A DNA stretch of 53,793 bases, taken from positions 1 through 53,793 of the forward strand of contig JAXMNT010000051.1 of NCBI GenBank assembly GCA_034670305.1, in the 5' to 3' direction. Positions 37,127-46,351 of the stretch are shown here, piece after piece (positions within the stretch are counted from its first letter, which is position 1; every line of letters starts with the position of its first letter). The DNA comes from Deltaproteobacteria bacterium (GTDB taxonomy: Bacteria > Myxococcota_A > Polyangia > Polyangiales > Houyiibacteriaceae). Under the pieces are notes generated by a model. That model made no database searches. It was not told where the DNA came from and saw only the letters and a list, made by a program, of their open reading frames with translations. The position numbers and the translations under genes are program-made.

Positions 37127-37711
37127 CTACTCGCGCCCTTGGCCACCGAGGCGCTGGGTCTTGTTCGTGATGAACCGCAGGTTCGCGAACTCGGTCTGGC
37201 CCAGGGTGTAGATCACTTCGGCCAAGGTCCGGAAAGGCGTGTGCTGGTCGCAGATGATCTGCACGTCTCCGCGGAATGCGCGGCGCGGGTTCTGCTGCTC
37301 GATGAGCTTCTTCAGATCCCGGATCCGGCCCATCTCGCGGTAGAGCGGCGTGATGAGGAATCCGGTGCCGCCGCCCTGCTTGTGGCTCGGGTCGACGAGG
37401 CCGCCTCGGAGCTCAAGGATCTCGACGCCGTCCACGATGATCGCGCTGCGAGAGATCTGAATCGGTGTGGCGTCGCCGAGCTCAGCCGTCGAGGTGGAGT
37501 ACGGGATCCGCAGCTCGTTGCTCTGGGTCACCGCAGAGGCGGTCGAAGAGCTGAACTGCATGACCATGAAGACGAGCAAGATCGTCATCATGTCCATCAT
37601 CGGGTAGATGTTCAGGCCGTGCGCTGCGTGCACCGGCCACTTGGCCTTGCGTCGACGGATCTGACGCTTGACCTGGCTCATCGAAGCTTTGGGTTCTTCT
37701 TCGTCCGCCAT
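37127..37711 (-). CDS. ExbD/TolR-family protein (AglS-like paralog)
   Basis: LNIYPMMDMMTILLVF with the conserved TM Asp; ICDQHTPF; TGATG coupling. Confidence 0.9.
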   Translation of the reverse strand: MADEEEPKASMSQVKRQIRRRKAKWPVHAAHGLNIYPMMDMMTILLVFMVMQFSSSTASAVTQSNELRIPYSTSTAELGDATPIQISRSAIIVDGVEILELRGGLVDPSHKQGGGTGFLITPLYREMGRIRDLKKLIEQQNPRRAFRGDVQIICDQHTPFRTLAEVIYTLGQTEFANLRFITNKTQRLGGQGRE

Positions 37712-38268
37712 CACCGAACTCCGGCTGAGAGTTGAACGTCGGGAAAGAGCTCGTCTTCGTCGTTGCTCTCACGCAGCGCGTCGATCGCGGTGATGAGGTG
37801 CATGTACTCGACGTTGGGGTCGGCACTGATCGTGACCATGTGCTCGTCCGGGAACTCTTGTTTCACGGTGACCGCACAGGCGCGAAGCGCCTCCCAATCG
37901 TACGCGCCGTTCACCTTCGGAACAGTGAGCACCCGACCGGTCTGGGTCTCCATGCAGCCGGGGGCCAGCTTGCCGCCCGTGCCCGCGACGATGATGCCGT
38001 TGTCGGTCACCGTCACGTTGAGGTTCAGGCTCTCCTGCTCCGTCGACCGCTGTCCCACGCCGCCGCGCGAGTAGGACGGTAGGGACGCAGCGACTTCCGA
38101 GTAGAACCCGATGGTCGTGAGCAGCACGAGCAAGAACATGATCAGGTTCACCGTGATGTCGAGGAACGGGATGATGTTCAGCTCGTCATCGAGTTCATCC
38201 GGACCCGGCTCGTTGTATTTCGAGCGTTTCCGGATGTACGCGCGCTGCTGCGGGGAGAACTTGGCCAT
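37711..38268 (-). CDS. ExbD/TolR-family protein (AglQ-like paralog)
   Basis: ELNIIPFLDITVNLIMFLL and ISADPNVEY..LI.AID. Confidence 0.9.
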   Translation of the reverse strand: MAKFSPQQRAYIRKRSKYNEPGPDELDDELNIIPFLDITVNLIMFLLVLLTTIGFYSEVAASLPSYSRGGVGQRSTEQESLNLNVTVTDNGIIVAGTGGKLAPGCMETQTGRVLTVPKVNGAYDWEALRACAVTVKQEFPDEHMVTISADPNVEYMHLITAIDALRESNDEDELFPDVQLSAGVR

Positions 38269-38291
38269 GCTGCTTACACCTTAGCGGTGTC

Positions 38292-38921
38292 TCAGCCCTG
38301 ACGTCGAAGCGTGAGGAGGTTCTCGAGCTTCTGCACGGCCTTCTCCAGCTCGTGCTTCTGCTTGTGCGCCATGCTGTGAAGCAAAAGGTGCGCGGACATA
38401 CAGACAACCGCGACCAGAAGGCCGAGGAAGGTGTTCCACATGGCTTCCGAGATGCCGCCGGTGAGAAGCGCCTGCTTCTGCGCGGGATCGTCGATCTCGC
38501 CGACCGCCTTGAAGGCCTTGATGAGACCACGGACGGTGCCGAGCAGACCGATGAGCGTCGCGAGGTTCGCGAGCGTCCACAACCAGGGGGTTCGTTTCTC
38601 GAGGTGGGGGACGGCTTCGCTCATCCGCTCTTCCATCGCCGCGATGATCGCTTCTTCACCGCGGTTGACCTGCGTGAGGCCCGACTTGACGATCTGCAGC
38701 AAGGGCAGCGGTGCTGCCTCGCAGAGCTTGATCGCTCGGTCGATGTTGCCCGCCTGAACGAGCTTGCGGATCTGCGCCATGAACTCCGTGGTGTTCACAC
38801 GGTAGCGCGTCAGAATAAACACCAGTCGTTCAGCAATGATCGCGAGCGAAAACGCCAACACTCCGATGTTGATGAACGAGAAGGGCGCGCCTTCGAGCAG
38901 TGCATGCCAAATTTCTTCCAT
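38292..38921 (-). CDS. MotA/TolQ/ExbB proton channel protein (AglR-like paralog)
   Basis: IIAER, LANLATLIGLLGTVRGLI and GISEAMWNTFLGL. Confidence 0.92.
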   Translation of the reverse strand: MEEIWHALLEGAPFSFINIGVLAFSLAIIAERLVFILTRYRVNTTEFMAQIRKLVQAGNIDRAIKLCEAAPLPLLQIVKSGLTQVNRGEEAIIAAMEERMSEAVPHLEKRTPWLWTLANLATLIGLLGTVRGLIKAFKAVGEIDDPAQKQALLTGGISEAMWNTFLGLLVAVVCMSAHLLLHSMAHKQKHELEKAVQKLENLLTLRRQG

Positions 38922-39339
38922 CAGCTGGGCTCCTCAGAAAGCCTTTCGAGGTTCGATGAGAACCGAGTTGGTTCTGACCGAACGTGCGGCTCACCCAATC
39001 GCATCCTGCGTTTGGGACCGCTTCCACGGGGTATCGGTTTCGCGAAATCCTCAACGTTGTTCGGTGATTAGCCGAACAGGCCGGGAAGCTAACCCAGCGC
39101 CGTCAACGTTGTCAACGAGATCGAACGGGATCGTGACACGGGAACATTGCACGCAAGGAGCCCGCGCCTTTAAAGAGGTATGGCTGGGAACCCATCCCGG
39201 CGTACGCCCGGCCGGCATTCGGCTTCGTACAACCGAAGCGTCAAACGTCGGCTCCCATTTCCCCGCCCAGCCACGGGCCGGCCCGGCAACGACTCGAACT
39301 CGGATCTTCGACACTTCGCTACTCGACGCCGCTGCAAGG

Positions 39340-39632
39340 TTCGGCATCCGCTTCGACGTTCGGCATCGGCTTCGGCCTTCGGCCTTCGGCTCCGGCTCCG
39401 GCCTTCGGCTCCGGCTCCGGCTCCGGCGTTCGGCATCGGCCTTCGGCTTCCGCATCGGCATCGGCTTCGGCATCGGCTCCGGCGTCGGCTTCGGCTTCGG
39501 CTTCGGCTTCGGCATCGGCTTCGGCGTCGGCTTCGGCCTCGGCTTCACCAACGGGATCGGCATCGGCATCGGCTTCGGCATCGGCGTCGGCTCCGGCATC
39601 GGCTCCGGCATTCGGCTTCACCAACGGGATCG
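39340..39632. repeat. Hexamer-period array (TCGGCN/CCGGCT)n with an internal 21-bp duplication
   Basis: Visible units; TCGGCTTCACCAACGGGATCG occurs twice (about 39539 and 39612). Confidence 0.92.
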
Positions 39633-39832
39633 TCCCCGCCCGACCCCCGCACCCACCCCCCGCGCTCACCTCGCACGACGTGTAGGTGTGCGATCACCCA
39701 CCCCCGGCCCACGGACGCCCGATCTTGGTCAAGGTGCCCGAATTCGGGAACCTTTCTGATACGGCGCTGTCTGACGATTCACCCCTGAGAGGACACGGAT
39801 TCACATGAGTCCCAAACATGCGCGGATCAGCG

Positions 39833-39860
39833 TTGACTTCCCAGGGCCCATAAGTATCAT
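39833..39860 (+). promoter_or_regulatory. Putative sigma-70-type promoter of the aglRQS operon
   Basis: TTGACT-N16-TATCAT, about 130 bp upstream of the ATG, in an AT-enriched patch. Confidence 0.5.
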
Positions 39861-39988
39861 CGGCCGGCGTTTTCGACAGCCCCGGATAAGTCAACAATAT
39901 CCGAGGATTTCGGCGCAAACCGTTCTTGCGGTCCCCTCATTTCGGGGTGGGTCGCACAACCAAGACTGGCACCCAGGAGGCAGCACCC

Positions 39989-40639
39989 ATGTCAGGTATT
40001 GCTCACGCGTTCGAAGAAGGTGGATGGGCGATGTACCTCATCCTGTTCTGGCTCGTTATGGCCATCGGCTTCATCATCGAGCGCTCGGTTTATCTCTACC
40101 GAAGCAGCATCAACAAGGATGTGTTTCTCGCAACGATGCAGAAGTGCATCCTCGCGGGCGACATCGGTCGCGCCATCAAGCTCTGCAGCGCTGCAAACGC
40201 GCCGCTGGCTCGGATCGTCAAGGCTGGCCTCATGAAGGTCAACCGCCCCGACTCCGAGGTGCAGTCCGCGATGGACGAAGCCGCGCTTCGCGAACTTCCG
40301 AAGATCGAAGCGCGTACGGCGTTCCTCGGTCTTTTCGCCAACCTTGCCATGCTCTCGGGCCTCTTCGGCACGGTGTACGGTCTGATTCACGCCTTCGCTG
40401 CCGTCGCCGGCGCGTCGGGTGCGGAGAAGGCCACCATGCTCGCGAAGGGCATCTCGGAAGCCATGAACTGCACCGCGTTCGGTCTGCTCTCCGCGATCAT
40501 CGCGCTGATGGGCATGGCTGTGTTGAACGGCAAGACCCAGGGTCTGCTCGACGACATCAACGCCGCGACGGTCCAGGTCATGAACCTGGTCGTCAACAAC
40601 CGCTCGAAGGTCAACCTTCAGGGCCTCCAGCAGGCCTAG
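39989..40639 (+). CDS. aglR: MotA/TolQ/ExbB family gliding-motor subunit AglR
   Basis: GGAGG RBS; SSINKDVFL, EVQSAMDEAALRELPKIEART, SGLFGTV and GISEAMNCTAFGL resemble Myxococcus AglR as recalled. Confidence 0.8.
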   Translation: MSGIAHAFEEGGWAMYLILFWLVMAIGFIIERSVYLYRSSINKDVFLATMQKCILAGDIGRAIKLCSAANAPLARIVKAGLMKVNRPDSEVQSAMDEAALRELPKIEARTAFLGLFANLAMLSGLFGTVYGLIHAFAAVAGASGAEKATMLAKGISEAMNCTAFGLLSAIIALMGMAVLNGKTQGLLDDINAATVQVMNLVVNNRSKVNLQGLQQA

Positions 40640-40692
40640 TCTGGGGTCGGCTCCGGCCGACCTCGACTTGACCCAACCAAGGAGTACGGCGA

Positions 40693-41175
40693 ATGGCGAG
40701 TATCAGTAGTGGTGGTGGCGGACACGGCGGGAAAAAGAGCGTCGACCAGGAACTGCCCCTCATTCCGTTCATCGACCTGCTCTTTTGCTGCGTGATGTTT
40801 CTCTTGGCCACGGCGGTGTGGAACCAGCTGGCGCGCATCAACGCGAACCAGCGGGTTCCGGGCCAAGCCCAGACCCAAGACCAGCCCGAAGAAGACGAGC
40901 GCGTGAAGCTGATTCTGCAAATCCAGAACAGCGGCTACGTGTTGGCGTCGAGCGCGGGCGACAGCATCAACATGCCCAAGGAAGGCGACGCCTACGCCAA
41001 CGAGGAGCTGCGGACGAAGCTGCAAGAGCGCAAGCGCTTGGAGCCGAACCGTCGCGACATCATCGTCGCGCCTGAGGATGGCGTTCGCTACGAGAACGTG
41101 GTCCAGGCCATGGATCTTGTGGTGGGCGAAGGTTTCCCCGAAATGTCGCTCAGCGACGGAGCAAGCCTCCTTTAG
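40693..41175 (+). CDS. aglQ: ExbD/TolR family gliding-motor subunit AglQ
   Basis: Gly-rich GGKK N-terminus; TM Asp at residue 28 (PFID28LL), matching AglQ D28; TAVW.Q. Confidence 0.75.
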   Translation: MASISSGGGGHGGKKSVDQELPLIPFIDLLFCCVMFLLATAVWNQLARINANQRVPGQAQTQDQPEEDERVKLILQIQNSGYVLASSAGDSINMPKEGDAYANEELRTKLQERKRLEPNRRDIIVAPEDGVRYENVVQAMDLVVGEGFPEMSLSDGASLL

Positions 41176-41190
41176 GAGGGGAGAACAACG

Positions 41191-41727
41191 ATGTCCATTC
41201 ATGTACCGGGCAAGGTTCTTCTTCACCACGTCCCGTTGAAGTTCGTTCAGGGCAAAGTCACGGGGGGCGGTCGCAAGAACGTCGACCAGTCGCTGCCTCT
41301 GGTTCCGTTCATCGACTTCCTCATCGTGCTCATCGTGTTCTTGATTCTTCAGTTCGAATCGAGCGGCGCGTTGCAGGTGACCTCCGAAACCATCCGCATG
41401 CCGGATGCGGCCAACACGACACCGATCGAAATCGCACCGATCATCTCGATCGACGCCAACGTGGTGACCCTTCAGGGCACCCGCGTGGCGGACGCGACCT
41501 CCTTGGCCGCGAACGCGCAGATGGAACGCATCGACGGGCTCATCCAGAACCTCGAGACCCTCAAGCGCAACTGGAGCATTCTGCATCCGGCCGAGCCCTT
41601 TCACGGCAACGTGATCGTGCATGCCGACGTGGACGTGGACTTCCGAGTCGTGAAGAAGGTGATGTTCTCGGCCGCGCAAGCGGGCTACCAGAACGTCAGC
41701 TTCGCGGTGAACGCCACCGGCGAGTAG
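41191..41727 (+). CDS. aglS: ExbD/TolR family gliding-motor subunit AglS
   Basis: MSIHVPGK N-terminus; TM Asp at residue 42; ADVDVDFRVVKKVMFSAAQAGY.NVSFAV. Confidence 0.75.
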   Translation: MSIHVPGKVLLHHVPLKFVQGKVTGGGRKNVDQSLPLVPFIDFLIVLIVFLILQFESSGALQVTSETIRMPDAANTTPIEIAPIISIDANVVTLQGTRVADATSLAANAQMERIDGLIQNLETLKRNWSILHPAEPFHGNVIVHADVDVDFRVVKKVMFSAAQAGYQNVSFAVNATGE

Positions 41728-41743
41728 CCCGAAGTTCGAATCG

Positions 41744-41784
41744 CGAAGAAGGCGTGTCCTCCGGGACGCGCCTTTCTTCGTTTT
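41744..41784 (+). terminator. Intrinsic terminator after aglS
   Basis: Stem GGCGTGTCC-TCCG-GGACGCGCC followed by TTTCTTCGTTTT. Confidence 0.8.
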
Positions 41785-41929
41785 ACATGGGGATTGTCGC
41801 TCCGCGGTTGGGCTCGACCTCCTCGTCGGATGCCTGCCTCCTGCGGGCACTGAAACTTCGTGGCGTCGTTGGACTCTGAACCGTATGGATCCGAGACCCC
41901 GTGCCCTTTCTCCGATACAACGAGTCGCG

Positions 41930-42994
41930 ATGACCGACGAACTGCAACCGGCGCGTTTCGAGCCCACCGACGAAGGCCAGCGCGCCTTCAAGCCGCGGTT
42001 CCCGTGGAAGTGGGTGGTGCCGATCGGGCTCGCGATCGTCTGCGGCATCGGGTTCTACCAGTGGCGCGAGCGGAGCAAAGCCGCCGAGCTCAAACAACGC
42101 ATCGCCTCGACGTGGCAGCAAAACGTCGTGCCGGTTCGCGCTCGGGCCCACGCCCTTCGGGACAAACTCGCTGGATGGATCGCCGAGGCGGTCGCCGAAC
42201 CACCCGAGACCTGGGCGGATCCCCGGCTGCAACTCGATGCCATGCACCGCGCGCCGGGCATCTACCTGCGACTCAACGTGGACAACACGGGAAGCGCGGA
42301 GGAGATCGCAGGCGGCGCCCTCGCCATGCAGGGGGACGCGATCCCGGAGTGCCTGGGTTTGTCACCCACGTCGCTGCGCGGGTTCTACGCGAGGCTCGAA
42401 CAACTGGACGACAGCTGGCTGGATGGGGTGCGCGACGCGAACGACGACGTGCTGCGGCTTCGGGTGCTGGACGAACAACTGCAGGAGCGCGTCCGCAACG
42501 ACTTCCCGCTCATGCTGGAGGACGAACGCGCCGCGTACTTCTTGCTCGTCATCCAGCACGGCAGCGATCGCCGCGAACATCCAGTCGACGTCTTCCTCTA
42601 CGACCTGCAGCGGGCGCGGCCGCTCTTGCGGACCCGCACCATGGCGCGCGGTCGACTGATTCCCGTGCGCATCGCGCTGGGTGCGGGCATGGCTGGACGG
42701 GCCCAGGCGCTGCCGGACATGGGGGGCGCGGCCGACTGTTCGATCGCGGCGCAGGTGCGCGCGGCCACAGGGCGGCCACTGGCGGAGGTGAACTCGGAGT
42801 TTGCGATCGGCAACGGGTCGGAGAACACCGACGCCGATCCCGACGCCGAGGGCGAAGCCGAAGCCGAAGCCGAAACCGAAGCCGAAACCGAAACCGAAGC
42901 CGAAGCCGAAGCCGAAGCCGAAGCCGAAACCGAAGCCGAAGCCGAAACCGAAGCCGAAGCCGAAGCTGGAGACCGCGAAGTCGTCTCCGACTGA
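41930..42994 (+). CDS. Hypothetical single-pass membrane protein with a repeat-derived acidic tail
   Basis: TM WVVPIGLAIVCGIGFY; C-terminal (EA/ET)n encoded by a GCCGAA array. Confidence 0.75.
   Translation: MTDELQPARFEPTDEGQRAFKPRFPWKWVVPIGLAIVCGIGFYQWRERSKAAELKQRIASTWQQNVVPVRARAHALRDKLAGWIAEAVAEPPETWADPRLQLDAMHRAPGIYLRLNVDNTGSAEEIAGGALAMQGDAIPECLGLSPTSLRGFYARLEQLDDSWLDGVRDANDDVLRLRVLDEQLQERVRNDFPLMLEDERAAYFLLVIQHGSDRREHPVDVFLYDLQRARPLLRTRTMARGRLIPVRIALGAGMAGRAQALPDMGGAADCSIAAQVRAATGRPLAEVNSEFAIGNGSENTDADPDAEGEAEAEAETEAETETEAEAEAEAEAETEAEAETEAEAEAGDREVVSD
42827..42966. repeat. Hexamer array (GCCGAA/ACCGAA)n inside the 3' end of a CDS
   Basis: Visible tandem units, read in frame as Glu-Ala/Glu-Thr. 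Confidence 0.93.
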
Positions 42995-43066
42995 GCGGGA
43001 ACTTTCTGCCTTCTTGGCGGTCGATCTTCGTGCGCGCATTTCGCGCGCGTGAAGGAGCGACGGGCG

Positions 43067-43525
43067 ATGGCGACGATTGGCAATGGGGGTTCTGGCAGGG
43101 GCAAACGGGTGGATCAGGAGCTGCCGCTCGTTCCATTCATCGACCTGCTCTTCTGCTGTGTGATGTTCCTGCTCGCGACCGCGGTCTGGTCGAACACGGC
43201 CGAGATGCCGGCGCTCACCCAGGGCTCCGCGCCCGACCAGTTGGCGGAGCCTCCGGAGACCATGCCGCTCGTGCTGCGCATCTCGCAGAACGCGTACACG
43301 CTCGAGTCGGAGGTGGGCACACAGGTCACGTTGCCGCTCCAGGGAGACACGTACGACCAGGACGGGCTCGCCGAACAGCTCGCCATCCACGCCCGCGTTG
43401 CCGGCCGGCCGACGCCGGTGCACCTGCATCCGGACGACGATGTGGACACCGGCACGCTCATCGGTGCGATGGACGTGCTGCGCGGCGCCGGCTTCGAAGA
43501 GTTGAGCTTCCCCGGCACCACGTGA
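43067..43525 (+). CDS. Second AglQ-like ExbD/TolR protein
   Basis: VDQELPLVPFIDLLFCCVMFLLATAVW is 26/27 identical to 40693-41175; AAGGAG RBS. Confidence 0.85.
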   Translation: MATIGNGGSGRGKRVDQELPLVPFIDLLFCCVMFLLATAVWSNTAEMPALTQGSAPDQLAEPPETMPLVLRISQNAYTLESEVGTQVTLPLQGDTYDQDGLAEQLAIHARVAGRPTPVHLHPDDDVDTGTLIGAMDVLRGAGFEELSFPGTT

Positions 43526-43578
43526 GTTGACGGCGGCGAGGTGACGGAGCGGCGTGCAAGCGCTAGATCGTCCTGGTC

Positions 43579-44418
43579 ATGCCGCTGCCCGTCGAGTCCG
43601 CCCGCGCTCCGTCTCCCGTCGTCGACGAAGCGTATCGAACCCACCGCCGCTTCGATCGGGCCGCGCGTCTGTTCACGGAGCCTGGGCTCGGACGACTGGC
43701 CGACGCGCGCGTGCTCGTGATCGGGGTCGGCGGCGTCGGTTCGTTCGCGGCCGAGGCGCTGTCCCGCAGCGCCGTCGGGACCCTCGCGCTGATCGACTTC
43801 GACAAGGTCTGTGTGACCAACACCAACCGGCAGCTGCACGCGATGAAGGGCAACATCGGCAAGCGCAAAGTCGATGTGATGGCGGAACGCCTGCGGCTGG
43901 TGCACCCGACCGGTCGCGTGGAAGCCGAGTCGAGTTTCTACGAGGCGACGACGAGCGATCGGCTGCTCTCGGGCAAGGTCGACTTCGTCGTCGACGCGAT
44001 CGACAACCTCACCGCCAAGGCGCACCTCGTCGCGACCTGCATCGAACGCGGCATTCCCATCGTGTCCTGCATGGGCGCCGCCGCGCGCCTCGACCCGACC
44101 GCGATCCAGGTGGCCGATCTCAGCGAGACCGAGATCGATCCCTTCGCCCGCGCCTTCCGGAAGATCCTGCGCCAGCGACACGGACTCGACACCACGAAAC
44201 CACTCGGCGTGGCTGCGGTGTTCAGCACCGAGACGCCCATCGAACCCACCCCACCCTCGTACGACGACGGGGTCGGATTTCGGTGCGTCTGTCCAGGCGG
44301 CAAGAACGGGAAGAACGACTGCGATCGCAAGTTGCGGATCGACGGCTCGGCCGCGTTCGTGACCGGCGCGTTCGGATTGACCGCCGCCAGCGTCGTCGTG
44401 CGTTCGTTTCTGTCCTAG
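43579..44418 (+). CDS. tcdA: tRNA threonylcarbamoyladenosine dehydratase (ThiF family)
   Basis: GVGGVGS, DFDKVCVTNTNRQLHA, DAID, MGAAARLDPT, VFSTE and GSAAFVTGAFG. Confidence 0.9.
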   Translation: MPLPVESARAPSPVVDEAYRTHRRFDRAARLFTEPGLGRLADARVLVIGVGGVGSFAAEALSRSAVGTLALIDFDKVCVTNTNRQLHAMKGNIGKRKVDVMAERLRLVHPTGRVEAESSFYEATTSDRLLSGKVDFVVDAIDNLTAKAHLVATCIERGIPIVSCMGAAARLDPTAIQVADLSETEIDPFARAFRKILRQRHGLDTTKPLGVAAVFSTETPIEPTPPSYDDGVGFRCVCPGGKNGKNDCDRKLRIDGSAAFVTGAFGLTAASVVVRSFLS

Positions 44419-44421
44419 CGC

Positions 44422-45144
44422 TCAGCGAAGGCCAAACAAGGCGCGTGCGTTGTGCGCGGTCGCCTCGGCGATCGTGGATGCGTCTTCTTCGCGCAGCGAC
44501 GCCAACGCATCGATCACCTGCACCAGATCCGCGGGTTCGCCGCGCTCGCCCTTCGCGTGGGGCGCATCGGTCTCGACGAGGAGCCGATCGAGCGGGACCA
44601 CCTTCGCAGCCGCCCTCGCCTTCTTCGAGCGCTCGTCGCAGACCCGCGGTCCGAAACTCACATGTAGACCGTGCCGCACATAGTCCAGCGCCACCTCCGG
44701 CGCCGCGGTGAATCCATGCACCATGCCGCGCTCGGTCTCACGCAGCAGTTCCAGCATCGCGCCGTGGCGGCGCACCACGTGGAGCACGATCGGGAGGTCG
44801 AGCTCGTAGGCCACCTCGAGGTGGACCTCGCACTGCTCGATCTGAGCAAGGGCACCATCGGGACCACCCACCCGAACGTCCAACCCGAACTCACCGATGC
44901 CCACCGCCCCGTGCTTCTGCGCAGCGGTTCGGAGCGCGTCGGTGCTCGTTCGTTCGGTGGCGATCCACTCCGGGTGGATGCCCACACACATGGGCTGACC
45001 GAGACTCGCCGCAAAATCCCATCTCGCCGAGCTCACCCCCGGCAAGACCACCGCGCGCACCCCCACCGCATGGGCGCGGTCGAGGACGACGTTGCGGTCC
45101 AGATCGAACACCTCGAAGTCGAGGTGGCAGTGGGCATCAATCAG
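44422..45144 (-). CDS. tatD: TatD-family hydrolase
   Basis: IDAHCHLD, GIHP, IGEFGLD, LPIVLH, HGF and ETDAP. The start is non-canonical (CTG 45144 overlapping the add stop). Confidence 0.85.
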   Translation of the reverse strand: MIDAHCHLDFEVFDLDRNVVLDRAHAVGVRAVVLPGVSSARWDFAASLGQPMCVGIHPEWIATERTSTDALRTAAQKHGAVGIGEFGLDVRVGGPDGALAQIEQCEVHLEVAYELDLPIVLHVVRRHGAMLELLRETERGMVHGFTAAPEVALDYVRHGLHVSFGPRVCDERSKKARAAAKVVPLDRLLVETDAPHAKGERGEPADLVQVIDALASLREEDASTIAEATAHNARALFGLR

Positions 45145-46226
45145 GGGGTGGCTTCCGCGGAAGGGACCTCGTCTGCGGGCGGGAAGATCGAGTCTTCGTT
45201 CACGTCCGTGAGCTCTTTGTTGATCTGTCGGAGCAACGCCTGCTTCTCGTGGAACGGGAGGAACGCCGCCTTGAAGCCGCTGATCAGAATCTTCTTGATG
45301 CTGTCGAGGCTCAGTCCGATCTGCGTGTGGGCGAGCCAGAGCTCGCGCGACACGGTCGTGTCGGTGATCAGGCGGTTGTCGGTGTTGATCGTCACCCGCA
45401 GTCCGAGCGAGTGGTAGAGGCGGATCGGGTGGCTCGCGAGGTCGCGCACCGCGCCCGTCTGGACGTTGGACGAGGGACAGCACTCGAGGGCGATGCGGTG
45501 GTCGTTGACGTAGTGCAGCAGGTCGCCGTCTTCGCGCAGGCGGCAGCCGTGCCCGATGCGGTGCGCACCACAGACGTGGATCGCCTGGTGGATGGATTCC
45601 GGACCGTAGGCTTCGCCGGCGTGGATGGTCACCGAGATGTTGTTGTCCCGGACGAGCTGGAACGCTTCGAGGTGGTGTTTGGCCGGGTGGTCGTACTCGG
45701 CGCCCGCGAGGTCGTAGCCGATGACGCCCCGGTTCTTGTACGCGACTGCGAGCTGCGCCATCTCGAGCGACGACTCGGGCGAGATGTTGCGGATGCCGCA
45801 GATGATGACGTTCGACTGGATGCCGTAGTCCTTCTGTGCCGCGCGCAGACCTGCGATCACCGCTTCGACGACCTGGGTGAGGTGCAGGCCCTGGCGGGTG
45901 TGCAGCATCGGCGAGTAGCGAACTTCCATGTAGCGGACGTTCTCGCGCGCCGCGTCCTCGGCGAGCTCGTACGCGACGCGGTGCAGCGACTCTTCGGTCT
46001 GCATGACCTTGAGCGTCGTATCGAACGCTTTGAGGTACTCGACGAGAGAGCCGGTGTTCTCGCCGAGGTGCATCGCCCGATGCAATCCGTCGGCGTCTGT
46101 GGCCGGCAGCTCGATGCCGTCCTGCTCGGCGAGTTCGAGGATGGTTTGGAGTCGGAGCGAGCCGTCGAGGTGGACGTGGAGGTCCGTCTTCGGAAGTCGC
46201 TCGAAGAAGCTGAGAGGTAGCGCCAT
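45141..46226 (-). CDS. add: Adenosine deaminase
   Basis: LPKTDLHVHLDGS, DLAGAE, TIHAGE, RIGHG, CPSSN and NTDN. Start ATG 46226. Confidence 0.94.
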   Translation of the reverse strand: MALPLSFFERLPKTDLHVHLDGSLRLQTILELAEQDGIELPATDADGLHRAMHLGENTGSLVEYLKAFDTTLKVMQTEESLHRVAYELAEDAARENVRYMEVRYSPMLHTRQGLHLTQVVEAVIAGLRAAQKDYGIQSNVIICGIRNISPESSLEMAQLAVAYKNRGVIGYDLAGAEYDHPAKHHLEAFQLVRDNNISVTIHAGEAYGPESIHQAIHVCGAHRIGHGCRLREDGDLLHYVNDHRIALECCPSSNVQTGAVRDLASHPIRLYHSLGLRVTINTDNRLITDTTVSRELWLAHTQIGLSLDSIKKILISGFKAAFLPFHEKQALLRQINKELTDVNEDSIFPPADEVPSAEATP

Positions 46227-46351
46227 ATCCAAAAGTAGTGTCGCGGCCCCGTGCCCGCAAGCGGGCGGGTCGATGGCTGGCTGGACCCTTGGCCGGGCGA
46301 TGGTTTGGGACGCATGGACGACCGAGTCGGCAGCGGGTACAAAGGGAGACC

